Virus record (IMG/VR): IMGVR_UViG_3300044675_001548
Coordinates: 1-64,000 of that record
Source: a virus
Reading direction: 5' to 3' (one strand)
Length of the DNA: 64,000 bases
Below the pieces are notes generated by a model, which worked only from the letters and a program-made list of their open reading frames with translations, ran no database searches and was not told the DNA's origin. Both the position numbers and the translations under genes were made by a program. This document shows, one piece after another, positions 54,485 through 63,675 of this stretch; position 1 is the first letter of the stretch, and each line of letters begins with the position of its first letter.

Positions 54485-55234
54485 ATGATTATGAAAAAAG
54501 GATTTATTCAAATAGCTACAACAACAGATTATACATTGTTTAACTATTTACCAATGAACAGAATTATTGATGCAAAACAAGTAGAAGCATTAGTACAGAG
54601 TCTCCGCAAGATTGGTGTAAGAAGATCAGTAATGTGTATTAAAACAGATCTTATTGATGGTGAGTTAAAAACTTATATTATTGATGGTCAGCATTTGTTA
54701 CATGCATGTCAAAGGGAAGGCGTTCCAGTTAGATATGAATATGTTGAGGTAACTGATCTTGATGATATAGTACATACTATGGCATTTTACAATAACTCTT
54801 CCAAGTCTTGGAAGCTTATGGATTATGTAAATGCTTGGTTATATATTCACCCTGATTACCTTACACTGAAAAAGTTTAAGAACTTGTATAACTTGGAACC
54901 ACTAATGATTGCAGGTATTTGTAATAATTCAGATTCTTACAATGGTGTATCTGCTGCAAGTGATTTAATTAAAACTGGTAACTTTAGAGTTACAAATCCA
55001 AAAGCTCAAGCAATGTGTAAAGACTTTAGTGATTTGTTTATTAAGATTGGTAAAGCTGATAGATGGGTTAAGCATAACTTCTTGAGAGTATTTATACAGG
55101 CTTATAATAGTAAAAATTATGACCATAAAGCTACTCTTCAGAATATTGATGATAACATCAAGACTATTAAAGCTATGACAGATGTATCTGAGGCTAACCA
55201 GTTTATCCAAAAGAATGTATTTAATTTAATTTAA
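54485..55234 (+). CDS. ParB/Srx-like N-terminal domain protein
   Basis: NRIID...YIIDGQHLLHA. Confidence 0.65.
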   Translation: MIMKKGFIQIATTTDYTLFNYLPMNRIIDAKQVEALVQSLRKIGVRRSVMCIKTDLIDGELKTYIIDGQHLLHACQREGVPVRYEYVEVTDLDDIVHTMAFYNNSSKSWKLMDYVNAWLYIHPDYLTLKKFKNLYNLEPLMIAGICNNSDSYNGVSAASDLIKTGNFRVTNPKAQAMCKDFSDLFIKIGKADRWVKHNFLRVFIQAYNSKNYDHKATLQNIDDNIKTIKAMTDVSEANQFIQKNVFNLI

Positions 55235-55238
55235 AAAA

Positions 55239-56333
55239 ATGAACAGGCAAGAAGTCCAAGAAGAAGCAATCAAAGCTACAGAGGGTAAACAACGTGTTTC
55301 AGTGGTACTTGGCACAGGGGTCGGCAAGACCCTTGTTGGCCTAACTCATATAGAGCAAAACACTACAGAGTTGATGCGGTGTCTTATTGTAGCACCAAAG
55401 AAGGCAATCTTCCAATCATGGAAAGATGATGCTGTGAAATTTGGTAAACAAAATTTATTAGGTAGAATGACATTCACTACTTACTTAAGTCTGAACAAAC
55501 ACAATCCTAATGATTATGATGCTGTCTATTTGGATGAGATGCATAGTCTACTGGATAGTCACCGGGGATTCCTCCAGTTATACAAAGGTAAAATCCTTGG
55601 TCTAACTGGTACTCCACCTAAGCGTGATTATTCAGAGAAAGGTAAGTTAGTAAATGAGTTCTGTCCTGTAGTATATACATTCAAAGCAGATGATGCTGTA
55701 GAGAATGGAATACTAAATGACTATCAGATTATAGTACACCAGATTCAATTAACTGATCAAAAGGTGTATCCAGTCAAAGTAGGCAATAAACAGTATTTAG
55801 CATCTGAGATAGATAACTATACTTACTGGTCTAGAAGATTAGATGTAGGGTCAGGAAATGTGCATATGCTCAGAGTGATGAGAATGAAGGCTATGATGGA
55901 GTATCCTAGTAAAGAAAGATATACTAAAAAGCTAATGGAAAGCATTAGTACTAAGTGCATTATATTTGCTAATACTCAAGCCCAGGCTGATAGATTATGT
56001 GAATACAGCTATCATAGCGGTAATAAGGAGTCTGAGGATAATCTAGAACTGTTTAAGAAAGGTGAAATTACTAAGTTATCTACGGTACTGCAGTTAAATG
56101 AGGGTGTGAATATACCCAATCTTAAGCAAGGTATCATTATGCATGCGTATGGTAATGAGAGAAAAGCTGCACAGAGAATTGGTAGGTTACTCCGGTTAAA
56201 CCCTGATGACAAAGCTATTGTACACATACTATGTTATATGGATTCAATAGATGAAAAATGGGTAAAAGAAGCCTTGGAGAACTTTGACCAGACTAAAATT
56301 ATTTGGAAAGATTTTAATATTTCATTATATTAA
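55239..56333 (+). CDS. Superfamily-2 DNA helicase
   Basis: GTGVGKT, LDEMH, GLTGTP, LNEGVNIP, QRIGRLLR. Confidence 0.9.
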   Translation: MNRQEVQEEAIKATEGKQRVSVVLGTGVGKTLVGLTHIEQNTTELMRCLIVAPKKAIFQSWKDDAVKFGKQNLLGRMTFTTYLSLNKHNPNDYDAVYLDEMHSLLDSHRGFLQLYKGKILGLTGTPPKRDYSEKGKLVNEFCPVVYTFKADDAVENGILNDYQIIVHQIQLTDQKVYPVKVGNKQYLASEIDNYTYWSRRLDVGSGNVHMLRVMRMKAMMEYPSKERYTKKLMESISTKCIIFANTQAQADRLCEYSYHSGNKESEDNLELFKKGEITKLSTVLQLNEGVNIPNLKQGIIMHAYGNERKAAQRIGRLLRLNPDDKAIVHILCYMDSIDEKWVKEALENFDQTKIIWKDFNISLY

Positions 56334-56337
56334 TAGT

Positions 56338-56592
56338 ATGGAAGAGACTAAAACACACAAGCTGGCAATTTACAATGATGATGTAAATTCCTATGATTAT
56401 GTTACAGCATGTCTTATTAAGTTATGTAAACATAATCCTATACAAGCAGAACAATGTGCTATTACAGCACATAATGTAGGAAAATGTGTAGTAAAATCTG
56501 GTGCTTTCTTGGACATGTTTGAGTTAAAAACTACTTTTGATGATCTAGACATTAAGTCTGAAATTGAGGAATATGCAAGTGATATGTATTAA
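56338..56592 (+). CDS. clpS: ClpS-like N-degron adaptor (start moved to MEETK)
   Basis: HKLAIYNDDVNSYDYV..CL...C.H...QAEQCA..AH..GKCVV. Confidence 0.8.
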   Translation: MEETKTHKLAIYNDDVNSYDYVTACLIKLCKHNPIQAEQCAITAHNVGKCVVKSGAFLDMFELKTTFDDLDIKSEIEEYASDMY

Positions 56593-56848
56593 TGATGAGA
56601 ATAAGCCAAAAAGAATCTCTCCATATGAATGGATTGAGGAAGGTAAAACCTATACTGTTGTAGAAGTATCTAAAATGGGTTTACAAGCCGGTAAATTTGG
56701 ATATAAACTTAAAGAAGTGCAACTATCAGAACAGTCATTTCCATATGAATATTACAATGCAGACAGATTTGTACCAGTAGAGCCATTAAAACAAGCATTA
56801 AAAGAAGAAAGAGTAGAAGAAATCTCTGCAGATCTAGAACTAGTTTAA
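56573..56848 (+). CDS. Hypothetical protein
   Basis: MQVICIND...WIEEGKTYTV; ORF track. Confidence 0.7.
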   Translation: MQVICINDENKPKRISPYEWIEEGKTYTVVEVSKMGLQAGKFGYKLKEVQLSEQSFPYEYYNADRFVPVEPLKQALKEERVEEISADLELV

Positions 56849-56858
56849 CTTAACACAT

Positions 56859-57299
56859 ATGGAAGAGTACACTAAAGAAGATGTAGTGGAAGCTCTTTTA
56901 AAAATCCCTAACAAGTCAAGACATAGAGTATTAGTTGATCAAAGAAGTTACTTAGTGGCTATTTTAGCTTATAGATTTTTATTAACTGAAAACACTATTG
57001 CTAGTCTTACTGGTTTTAAAAGAGACAAAGTAAACTACAATAAAAAACTTGCATTACAGTTACATGCAGATAAGTCTTATCAGCAAAATGTCTATGTGTA
57101 TGCTCAAATGTTTCCATTTGATTTTAGTGTAATTGAACCAAATGAAATTGGTAGCCATAGATCAAAAAGAATTGAACTTGATCTTGATAGAAAGTTTTAT
57201 AACAAGTTAAAAGCAATTGGAAATATAAAAGGTCACTCAGACATAAGAGTTACAATCAAATTTTTTTTAGAAAAAAGTATAAAAATATGGGAAGAATGA
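56859..57299 (+). CDS. Hypothetical (possible DNA-binding) protein, 146 aa
   Basis: ORF track. Confidence 0.65.
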   Translation: MEEYTKEDVVEALLKIPNKSRHRVLVDQRSYLVAILAYRFLLTENTIASLTGFKRDKVNYNKKLALQLHADKSYQQNVYVYAQMFPFDFSVIEPNEIGSHRSKRIELDLDRKFYNKLKAIGNIKGHSDIRVTIKFFLEKSIKIWEE

Positions 57300-57547
57300 A
57301 AGAACTTTGTATGGATATTATTGAAGCCAATGGTGGTATACCTGAAGGCATGACTATAGGAGATGTAGTCAAAATGAAAGAGTTAGAAAATTATAATTGG
57401 CATGAGTATGAACGACAACAAGAGAAAAACAGACTACAACAGTATCAACAAGAAAATACAGGAGAGACTGGAAAGGTTGAACAAGTCAGCAAAAAATTCT
57501 CCCAGAGATATGGAGAAGCCAAAGAACAAAAAAACAGTGAACAATGA
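57287..57547 (+). CDS. Hypothetical protein, 86 aa
   Basis: ORF track. Confidence 0.65.
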   Translation: MGRMKELCMDIIEANGGIPEGMTIGDVVKMKELENYNWHEYERQQEKNRLQQYQQENTGETGKVEQVSKKFSQRYGEAKEQKNSEQ

Positions 57548-57996
57548 AGAAGGTGATTAATTTATTAGGAGCAATACTAATTACAGGAAGTGTTAGTGCT
57601 CAATGGACTTATGAGAAAATAGATAATGGTTTTGATGACCCTTACAAGGTTGCATACACAGAAACAGATAACAATGCTTTTCTTAAGCTAGAAAGAGTGG
57701 ATACCAATACTATACTTTTTATTAAAGGTGGTTACTATTGTGATGATAAGCCTGAAGTAGATATAGTATTTGTAGTGAATGGTGTAGATAAGAAGTATAG
57801 AAAAGTTTGTGATAAGTCTGAGAAAAATAACATAGTTTTCCTAACCTGGTCATTGGAATTGAGACCTGAGATGCTTGCAGATTTTAAAGCAGCATCTGCA
57901 GTAAAAATTAGGATAAATGAGAGTTATTGTACAACAGAAACTTATAAGTTTAACATGAGTGGTAGCAAAGCTGCTTATGACTTTATGCTAAAATAA
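57544..57996 (+). CDS. Secreted/periplasmic protein, 150 aa
   Basis: Signal peptide MKKVINLLGAILITGSVSA-QW. Confidence 0.7.
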   Translation: MKKVINLLGAILITGSVSAQWTYEKIDNGFDDPYKVAYTETDNNAFLKLERVDTNTILFIKGGYYCDDKPEVDIVFVVNGVDKKYRKVCDKSEKNNIVFLTWSLELRPEMLADFKAASAVKIRINESYCTTETYKFNMSGSKAAYDFMLK

Positions 57997-58011
57997 TTAA
58001 AACAAGCAAAC

Positions 58012-58257
58012 ATGAAAAAGATAATTAGTGTCTTACTGTTAAGTTTAGTCCTTTTAAGCTGTAAAAAAAAAGAGTGCAAATGTGCTGATGTAAAGGATAA
58101 AGATATTGATCATATGCTTAGCTCATCTGGTAATGTCATAGGAACTTCCTATACTATACTATTTTATGATCCTTGTATTCGTGAGTCTAGATGGGTAAGT
58201 GTTAGTGAGGAGCTGTACAATAGCTTAGGACTTGGTGATACTTATTGTATACCTTAA
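58012..58257 (+). CDS. Lipoprotein, 81 aa
   Basis: Lipobox LLSC then KKKECKC. Confidence 0.7.
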   Translation: MKKIISVLLLSLVLLSCKKKECKCADVKDKDIDHMLSSSGNVIGTSYTILFYDPCIRESRWVSVSEELYNSLGLGDTYCIP

Positions 58258-58448
58258 TGCTTCACTTTATTAAGTACCTAGTGGTATGGATAAGCCAAAA
58301 CTTATCTGTACCATTTTGGATGGTTGGTCATGTACATTTGATGTCCACTATATATGAGGACATTCATGAAATAATAGCATCTTGTGGTATGAATGTACTA
58401 GTTGCTGCTGGATTTATTATTGATTATTTAGAACAAAAAAACAAGTAA
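58245..58448 (+). CDS. Small membrane protein
   Basis: ORF track; hydrophobic. Confidence 0.55.
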   Translation: MYTLMLHFIKYLVVWISQNLSVPFWMVGHVHLMSTIYEDIHEIIASCGMNVLVAAGFIIDYLEQKNK

Positions 58449-58450
58449 AA

Positions 58451-58798
58451 ATGGCAGTTAACAATAAAGTAAAAAATTCAGGAAGGCCTAAGAAGGTTAA
58501 GAATGATGATTTTGTAATGATGAAGAGTGATTTGGAACTTAACTTAGAAAAAGCACAGGCATGGCTTAAAGTTAAGGATGAGGTTATTGCAGACTTAGAA
58601 ACTAAGTTAGATGAGGCTTATAAAGAGCAAGAAGACATGCTTAAAGAAGTAGATAAGTGGGTATTCCAAGTAATACACCATTGTGCTGAAGTAGAATCTA
58701 AAACAGGTAGAATTACACTACATGATGTAGACTACTGTGTAGATTTGATCAAAAGAATTATGAAACATAAATTTGAAAGTAAACCTGAAAACTATTAA
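58451..58798 (+). CDS. Coiled-coil protein, 115 aa
   Basis: ORF track. Confidence 0.65.
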   Translation: MAVNNKVKNSGRPKKVKNDDFVMMKSDLELNLEKAQAWLKVKDEVIADLETKLDEAYKEQEDMLKEVDKWVFQVIHHCAEVESKTGRITLHDVDYCVDLIKRIMKHKFESKPENY

Positions 58799-58800
58799 TT

Positions 58801-59202
58801 ATGAAAGATGTTGTTTTAGCACTTATGATAGGTGCAGCCTTTATGTATGAAATGTGGGTGTTTCTTAAAACAAGAGCATTTGTAAAAGTAATTTACATGT
58901 TGCCAAATGATGATGAAGATAAAAAATCAATAAAACTTGCAACTGGTTGTTTTTCAGCAATTTATTTGATGTGGTTAATTTTAGGAATGGCTATTAGTGG
59001 ACTATGGTATGCTTACTTAGGTATTTTTGTATTATCTCTTTTACAAGCTCCTGTGGCCAAATATTTTAAGAAAAATAAGCACTGGGAAAGTTTGATACTA
59101 TTTAAGAAGATAGATGGTATAATATCTATGGCTATTCTTATATGGTTATTTGTAGCTCATTTTCATCCTGAACTACTTGGATCTTGGAAAATTAACCTTT
59201 AA
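58801..59202 (+). CDS. Multi-pass membrane protein, 133 aa
   Basis: Three to four hydrophobic segments. Confidence 0.7.
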   Translation: MKDVVLALMIGAAFMYEMWVFLKTRAFVKVIYMLPNDDEDKKSIKLATGCFSAIYLMWLILGMAISGLWYAYLGIFVLSLLQAPVAKYFKKNKHWESLILFKKIDGIISMAILIWLFVAHFHPELLGSWKINL

Positions 59203-59213
59203 ATCAGAATAGA

Positions 59214-59570
59214 ATGAAAGCAAATGAATTAAGAATAGGAAATTATGTTTATGATACTTTAGGTAAAGTAAATAAAATAGATTTAGAAGCAATTACCTAT
59301 ATTGTAAAAGAACCACATAATCAAGTTAAACCAATACCACTAACTGAAGAATGGTTGTTAAAGTTTGGGTTTGAGAAGTCAAAAGTAAGTAGCCAATTTG
59401 ACAAAGAAAAATTAACAATACAAGTATCAAATGAATTAGAGCGTCATAAAAAAGGTAGAGTTTATTTTAATTCTTGGGCTATTTTAGAGGAATCTATTAA
59501 ATATGTTCACCAACTACAAAACTTATACTTTGCACTGACAGGAGAAGAATTAACCTTTAAATCAGAATAG
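59214..59570 (+). CDS. Conserved Bacteroidota-phage protein
   Basis: ELRIGNYV...IPLTEEWLLKFGF...YVHQLQNLYFALTGEEL. Confidence 0.8.
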   Translation: MKANELRIGNYVYDTLGKVNKIDLEAITYIVKEPHNQVKPIPLTEEWLLKFGFEKSKVSSQFDKEKLTIQVSNELERHKKGRVYFNSWAILEESIKYVHQLQNLYFALTGEELTFKSE

Positions 59571-59571
59571 A

Positions 59572-59745
59572 ATGATAATAGTAAAATGTAATGATAAAAA
59601 TATAGGAGAAATAAAATGTGAATCAATGTATGAAGCTCACACTTGGAAAATATATCTTAATGCAAATGGATATGAATGTGAAGTGCTTAATAATGGAGAA
59701 TCAATAAATCTCTCTAATGAAATTCAACACCCAAATAGTTATTAA
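59572..59745 (+). CDS. Hypothetical protein, 57 aa (not in track)
   Basis: MIIVKCNDKNIGEIKCESMYEAHTWKIYLNANGYECEV...; bounded by repeat copies 2 and 3. Confidence 0.55.
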   Translation: MIIVKCNDKNIGEIKCESMYEAHTWKIYLNANGYECEVLNNGESINLSNEIQHPNSY

Positions 59746-59763
59746 CCTTTAAATCAGAATAAG

Positions 59764-60048
59764 ATGGAAGAAAAAATAACAAATGAAACATTAATTCAAG
59801 ATGGTTGGATTAATGAGGGTATTAGTTACTCTAGAGATTGGGCTGGATCAAAATATAGATTGTTTCTATCCCATAATTATGGAGTAGATGGTAATTATTT
59901 TATAAAGCTTCAACAAGATTTGAGTGACTATTCTCCTTCAATAAACATAAACTGTTTAACAATGAGAGATTTGGAATCAGTACAATATTTGTTTCACAGA
60001 GCAACTGCTTTGGATGTAATAAAAGATGTCATGAGAAATTATCTTTAG
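59764..60048 (+). CDS. Hypothetical protein, 94 aa
   Basis: ORF track. Confidence 0.65.
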   Translation: MEEKITNETLIQDGWINEGISYSRDWAGSKYRLFLSHNYGVDGNYFIKLQQDLSDYSPSININCLTMRDLESVQYLFHRATALDVIKDVMRNYL

Positions 60049-60052
60049 ATGT

Positions 60053-60337
60053 ATGACACTCAGAGATACAGAACTAATAGGTAGGAGACTTGTAAAGTAT
60101 GGGTTTTTTAGATCTAATAACAATCATCATAATTATGAGTGCTTGAGAAGACATGCTCGTACTGGTATTGGTATAAAGTTTATCAAATATGGTTCAATAT
60201 GGGTGGCAGATTTTCTTTATCATATTGATCATTGTACAATGGTAAAGTTTAATCACCATGAGGCTGTATTTACTCCAGAATGGGTAATAGAGGAACATGA
60301 TAAATTAATAGCAATGTTTAAATTTTTAAGAGGATGA
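60053..60337 (+). CDS. Hypothetical protein, 94 aa
   Basis: ORF track. Confidence 0.65.
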   Translation: MTLRDTELIGRRLVKYGFFRSNNNHHNYECLRRHARTGIGIKFIKYGSIWVADFLYHIDHCTMVKFNHHEAVFTPEWVIEEHDKLIAMFKFLRG

Positions 60338-60741
60338 TAAAAACATTTAAAGATCCTAAGATTATGAAATTAATCCAGGAAATTTGTACAGAACATCAAC
60401 TGGTTGCAAAACCAAGTGATAGTAATATTGGATATTTATGGTTTATGTATGCAGCAGGTACTAAAGCAGGAACATTTAGACCCTTTATCTTTTTAGCAGA
60501 GTTAAACTTACTAGTTAAAACAGGTTATACTACTGAAGATGAAAAGCAGAACATGCTTGGTATGTTTCTTAGTTCAGATGAGGATAATGCTAATATAATG
60601 GCATATTCTATTCTTACATTAAGAAGCAACAGAATAAAAGATATGGGATTGTGGACTCCTGATAATGATAAATACAGTGAAATTGATTACATTAGAGATA
60701 TTATTAACACTGAAATATTTATGAACCAATGGCACAAATAA
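60334..60741 (+). CDS. Hypothetical protein, 135 aa
   Basis: ORF track. Confidence 0.65.
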   Translation: MIKTFKDPKIMKLIQEICTEHQLVAKPSDSNIGYLWFMYAAGTKAGTFRPFIFLAELNLLVKTGYTTEDEKQNMLGMFLSSDEDNANIMAYSILTLRSNRIKDMGLWTPDNDKYSEIDYIRDIINTEIFMNQWHK

Positions 60742-60953
60742 TTTTAAGGTTTAGAGAAGATGAACTTGAAGATGCTAGAACAGCATTGGATGGTTGGAAA
60801 TGGAAAATGGCTATGTGGGATCTTGATCAACATCTCAGAAGTGAGATAAAGTATAATGAGAAGTTATCTGCAGAAGCAGATGAAGCTTATCAAGCTATCA
60901 GAGATAAGATCCGGGAAATATTACATGACAGTAACTTAAATATAGAATCATGA
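60729..60953 (+). CDS. Hypothetical protein, 74 aa
   Basis: ORF track. Confidence 0.65.
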   Translation: MAQIILRFREDELEDARTALDGWKWKMAMWDLDQHLRSEIKYNEKLSAEADEAYQAIRDKIREILHDSNLNIES

Positions 60954-61132
60954 CTTGTGTAAAATGTGGAGCTCCTGCAACTAAGAGGTATAGTCCTGAT
61001 CTTGATATCAAGGGTATAGGAATGTGTGCTGAGCATACTGATGAAATTATGATGGATCTTATGGTAGCTCAGTTTGACAAAAGAGGCTGGGAGAAATTTG
61101 AGAAAAAGTATTTACCTAAAAAAGATAAGTGA
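60950..61132 (+). CDS. Small Zn-finger protein
   Basis: CVKCG...CAEH. Confidence 0.6.
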   Translation: MTCVKCGAPATKRYSPDLDIKGIGMCAEHTDEIMMDLMVAQFDKRGWEKFEKKYLPKKDK

Positions 61133-61227
61133 TGGAATTTGTGATTATAACAGTAGTAGTATTTGCAGTTGCAGGTTTAATAATTAATAGCTTAAGAAAT
61201 GAAAATTATTATAACTGGGATGATTGA
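61132..61227 (+). CDS. Micro membrane protein, 31 aa (not in track)
   Basis: MEFVIITVVVFAVAGLIINSLRNENYYNWDD; ATG overlaps the upstream TGA. Confidence 0.5.
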   Translation: MEFVIITVVVFAVAGLIINSLRNENYYNWDD

Positions 61228-61275
61228 TTGTGTATACACAGCTATCATCAGTATTATTTATAAAAATCTGGAATA

Positions 61276-61527
61276 ATGACAGAAAAAGAATTAGTTGAAT
61301 TAGGCTTTGAAAAGGTAAGTATTACTGATGATGAAAGCCAGAATGGATATGATTACTATTACTACCAAAAAGAAATGTGCAGTGGTGTTGTGTTACACAG
61401 CTCTGATAGTATAGATACTAAGGGTGATAACTGGACATTGAAATGTTTTGAGATCCCGGCTATTAGTATCAGCACTAAGGATCATTATGATCAGTTTCTT
61501 GAAGTGATGAACAATATAATTTGTTAA
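61276..61527 (+). CDS. Hypothetical protein, 83 aa
   Basis: ORF track. Confidence 0.65.
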   Translation: MTEKELVELGFEKVSITDDESQNGYDYYYYQKEMCSGVVLHSSDSIDTKGDNWTLKCFEIPAISISTKDHYDQFLEVMNNIIC

Positions 61528-61529
61528 TT

Positions 61530-61883
61530 ATGTTTAGTGGAAGATTAATTAAAAAAGATGGTAAACTTACTTATGCTAGCCCTCAAGATAAATTGGCTTA
61601 TGACATATTCATTAGCAAATTAGAAGAGGGTCAGATAGTAGAAATGTATATTGATCTTGCAAATGCAGATCATAGTAAAGCACAACTTGCAAAAGTACAT
61701 GCTTGTATTAGAGAAATGGCAAAAGAGTCCGGGTACACTTTTGATGAAATGAAAGATGTGGTAAAAGAAGCATCTGGTCTGGGAGGTAAATCCTTTGCAG
61801 ATTGTAGTAAGGATGAACTTATGTTAGCTATAGAAGCTTGTATACAAATAGGAAGAGAACAGTTTAATCTTAATCTTGGGTAG
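61530..61883 (+). CDS. NinB-like protein
   Basis: S.AQLAKVHA.I..MA...G...DEMK...SFA.CSK.EL pattern. Confidence 0.45.
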   Translation: MFSGRLIKKDGKLTYASPQDKLAYDIFISKLEEGQIVEMYIDLANADHSKAQLAKVHACIREMAKESGYTFDEMKDVVKEASGLGGKSFADCSKDELMLAIEACIQIGREQFNLNLG

Positions 61884-62199
61884 GCTCTACATAGCCTTCA
61901 TCTCCTGGTTCTAATATTTCTTTTTCTTCAAACATATTGTTAGCAATAGCTTGTTTTTCAATTTCAGCTAACAAGAGAGTAGTTGTATAAAAGTGTTGTT
62001 GTAGTTCAGTTTCCAGCTCATTGTATTTTTTGGTCATTACAGCTTTAAGATCCTCTTCAATAGTTTCTTTTGGAAGGTTTTTGAAGATATAGTAAGACAA
62101 ACCTTTTACCATGAGATAAAAAGCTTTGTTAACTTTGACATCAACTATAACATCATCCTTTAGTTCTTTAACCTTTACCATTGTATTAATTTTAAACAA
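61870..62199 (-). CDS. Hypothetical protein on the opposite strand
   Basis: Only ORF filling 61.88-62.2 kb; acidic tail. Confidence 0.6.
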   Translation of the reverse strand: MFKINTMVKVKELKDDVIVDVKVNKAFYLMVKGLSYYIFKNLPKETIEEDLKAVMTKKYNELETELQQHFYTTTLLLAEIEKQAIANNMFEEKEILEPGDEGYVEPTQD

Positions 62200-62212
62200 A
62201 AATAGAAAAAAA

Positions 62213-62911
62213 ATGGACTTAGAAGAAATTAAACAAAAAATGTTTACTAAACTTGGACCCAGCGGCTGGGACAGGGTATTTAAATCTTTTATATTTAGCA
62301 GTGACTTTGATGATATACTTACTAAGCTATATACACTGAGTCAGGATGATAAGAGATTTACTCCACCACTAAAACAAGTGTTCAGAGCATTTGAAGAATG
62401 TCCTTATGACAAGCTAAAAGTAGTTATAGTGGGTCAGGATCCATATCCACAGTTAGGAGTTGCAGACGGTATATCATTTAGTTGTGGTAACACAGGTAAA
62501 TTACAACCAAGTCTTAAGTATATCTTAGGAGAAGTAAACAGGACAGTATACAATGGTCATCCAGTAAGTGAAGATGTAGATCTTACCAGATGGTCTAATC
62601 AAGGTATACTTATGCTTAATACAGCTCTTACAACTGAGGTAAGTAAAATAGGTAGTCACTATGATATATGGAAGAAGTTTACCGCATATCTATTAGACTG
62701 GCTTAATAACTACAACCCCGGACTAATTTATGTATACATGGGTAAGAAGGCTGAAGAATGGTCTGAACTTACTACTAATACAGATTATAAGTTTATGGTA
62801 AAGCATCCTGCTAGTGCTGCATATAATGGATCTAAATGGGATTCAGATGATGTTTTTGTTAAGATATCTACAATAGTAACTAACACCACAGGTGAAATAA
62901 TAACTTGGTAA
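62213..62911 (+). CDS. ung: Uracil-DNA glycosylase, family 1 (start moved to MDLEE)
   Basis: VVIVGQDPYP, GISFS, QPSL, QGILMLNTALT, KHPASA. Confidence 0.9.
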   Translation: MDLEEIKQKMFTKLGPSGWDRVFKSFIFSSDFDDILTKLYTLSQDDKRFTPPLKQVFRAFEECPYDKLKVVIVGQDPYPQLGVADGISFSCGNTGKLQPSLKYILGEVNRTVYNGHPVSEDVDLTRWSNQGILMLNTALTTEVSKIGSHYDIWKKFTAYLLDWLNNYNPGLIYVYMGKKAEEWSELTTNTDYKFMVKHPASAAYNGSKWDSDDVFVKISTIVTNTTGEIITW

Positions 62912-63498
62912 TGACAGATATATTTACAAGGTTGATCCAAGAAGGATTAACACCCAATACTTACTATGTTTTACATTGTATAAGAGAGAAAATTGTTCCA
63001 CATAAATCTGTCAACAAAGAATTAGAATGCAAAAGACTGCAAACGGATCAATGGTTGACAGAAAGTTTGGAATTAACAAGCAAAAGTCTTATCTTTATGG
63101 AAGAAATTAATGGTTACTTTAAGAGAACCAAGAAGAAAACTTCACAAGATTTAATGGGGCAAGACTTTGTAAGAAATATAGAGAAATATGTAGAAATATT
63201 TCCTAACATAAAACTCCCATCTGGTAAATATGCTAGAGTAAATGCTAAGAATCTTGAAGCACCATTTAGATGGTTCTTTGAGACCTTTAATTACAATTGG
63301 GAGGAGGTAATTAAAGCCACAGAAAGATATGTTGATGAATTCAGTGTAAGAAGATATGATTTTATGAGAAACTCACAATACTTTATCAGGAAACAGGATC
63401 CAGATAAATCTTTTGAATCTGATTTGGCAACATACTGTGAGATAATCAGAAGTGGTGGTAATGAAGAACAAGTATATTTTAGTGAGAGAGTAGTATGA
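62905..63498 (+). CDS. Putative replication initiator/helicase-loader-like protein, 197 aa
   Basis: Upstream of DnaB; YP...PSGKYAR motif; assigned from position. Confidence 0.4.
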   Translation: MVMTDIFTRLIQEGLTPNTYYVLHCIREKIVPHKSVNKELECKRLQTDQWLTESLELTSKSLIFMEEINGYFKRTKKKTSQDLMGQDFVRNIEKYVEIFPNIKLPSGKYARVNAKNLEAPFRWFFETFNYNWEEVIKATERYVDEFSVRRYDFMRNSQYFIRKQDPDKSFESDLATYCEIIRSGGNEEQVYFSERVV

Positions 63499-63671
63499 TA
63501 AATCTAAAACTGACTATGATTGCTGTGGTGGGGTCTTTATTTTGCTTTACTGTTATAGACTACTTTATTGTAAGTATGAGTTTCTGGCAGTATTTGATAA
63601 TTGAAGTAATCATGGCAGTTGTACATAGTTTTTATAACTATGTTAAAAACAAATATTTAACTAACACATAA
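63495..63671 (+). CDS. Small membrane protein, 58 aa (not in track)
   Basis: MINLKLTMIAVVGSLFCFTVIDYFIVSMSFWQYLIIEVIMAVV...; ATG overlaps the upstream TGA. Confidence 0.55.
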   Translation: MINLKLTMIAVVGSLFCFTVIDYFIVSMSFWQYLIIEVIMAVVHSFYNYVKNKYLTNT

Positions 63672-63675
63672 ACAT

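Larger units (their letters stand above)
59190..59761 (+). repeat. Direct repeat at gene junctions, 3 copies
   Basis: AATTAACCTTTAAATCAGAATAGAATGA identical at 59190-59217 and 59548-59575; 21-bp core also at 59741-59761. Confidence 0.9.

Noticed and set aside
42472-62911. Track starts at 43179, 47680, 50478, 56284, 56564, 61521 and 62126
   Set aside because: The extensions overlap terminators, RNA structure or upstream genes. Downstream ATGs with A-rich leaders fit the domain boundaries better.
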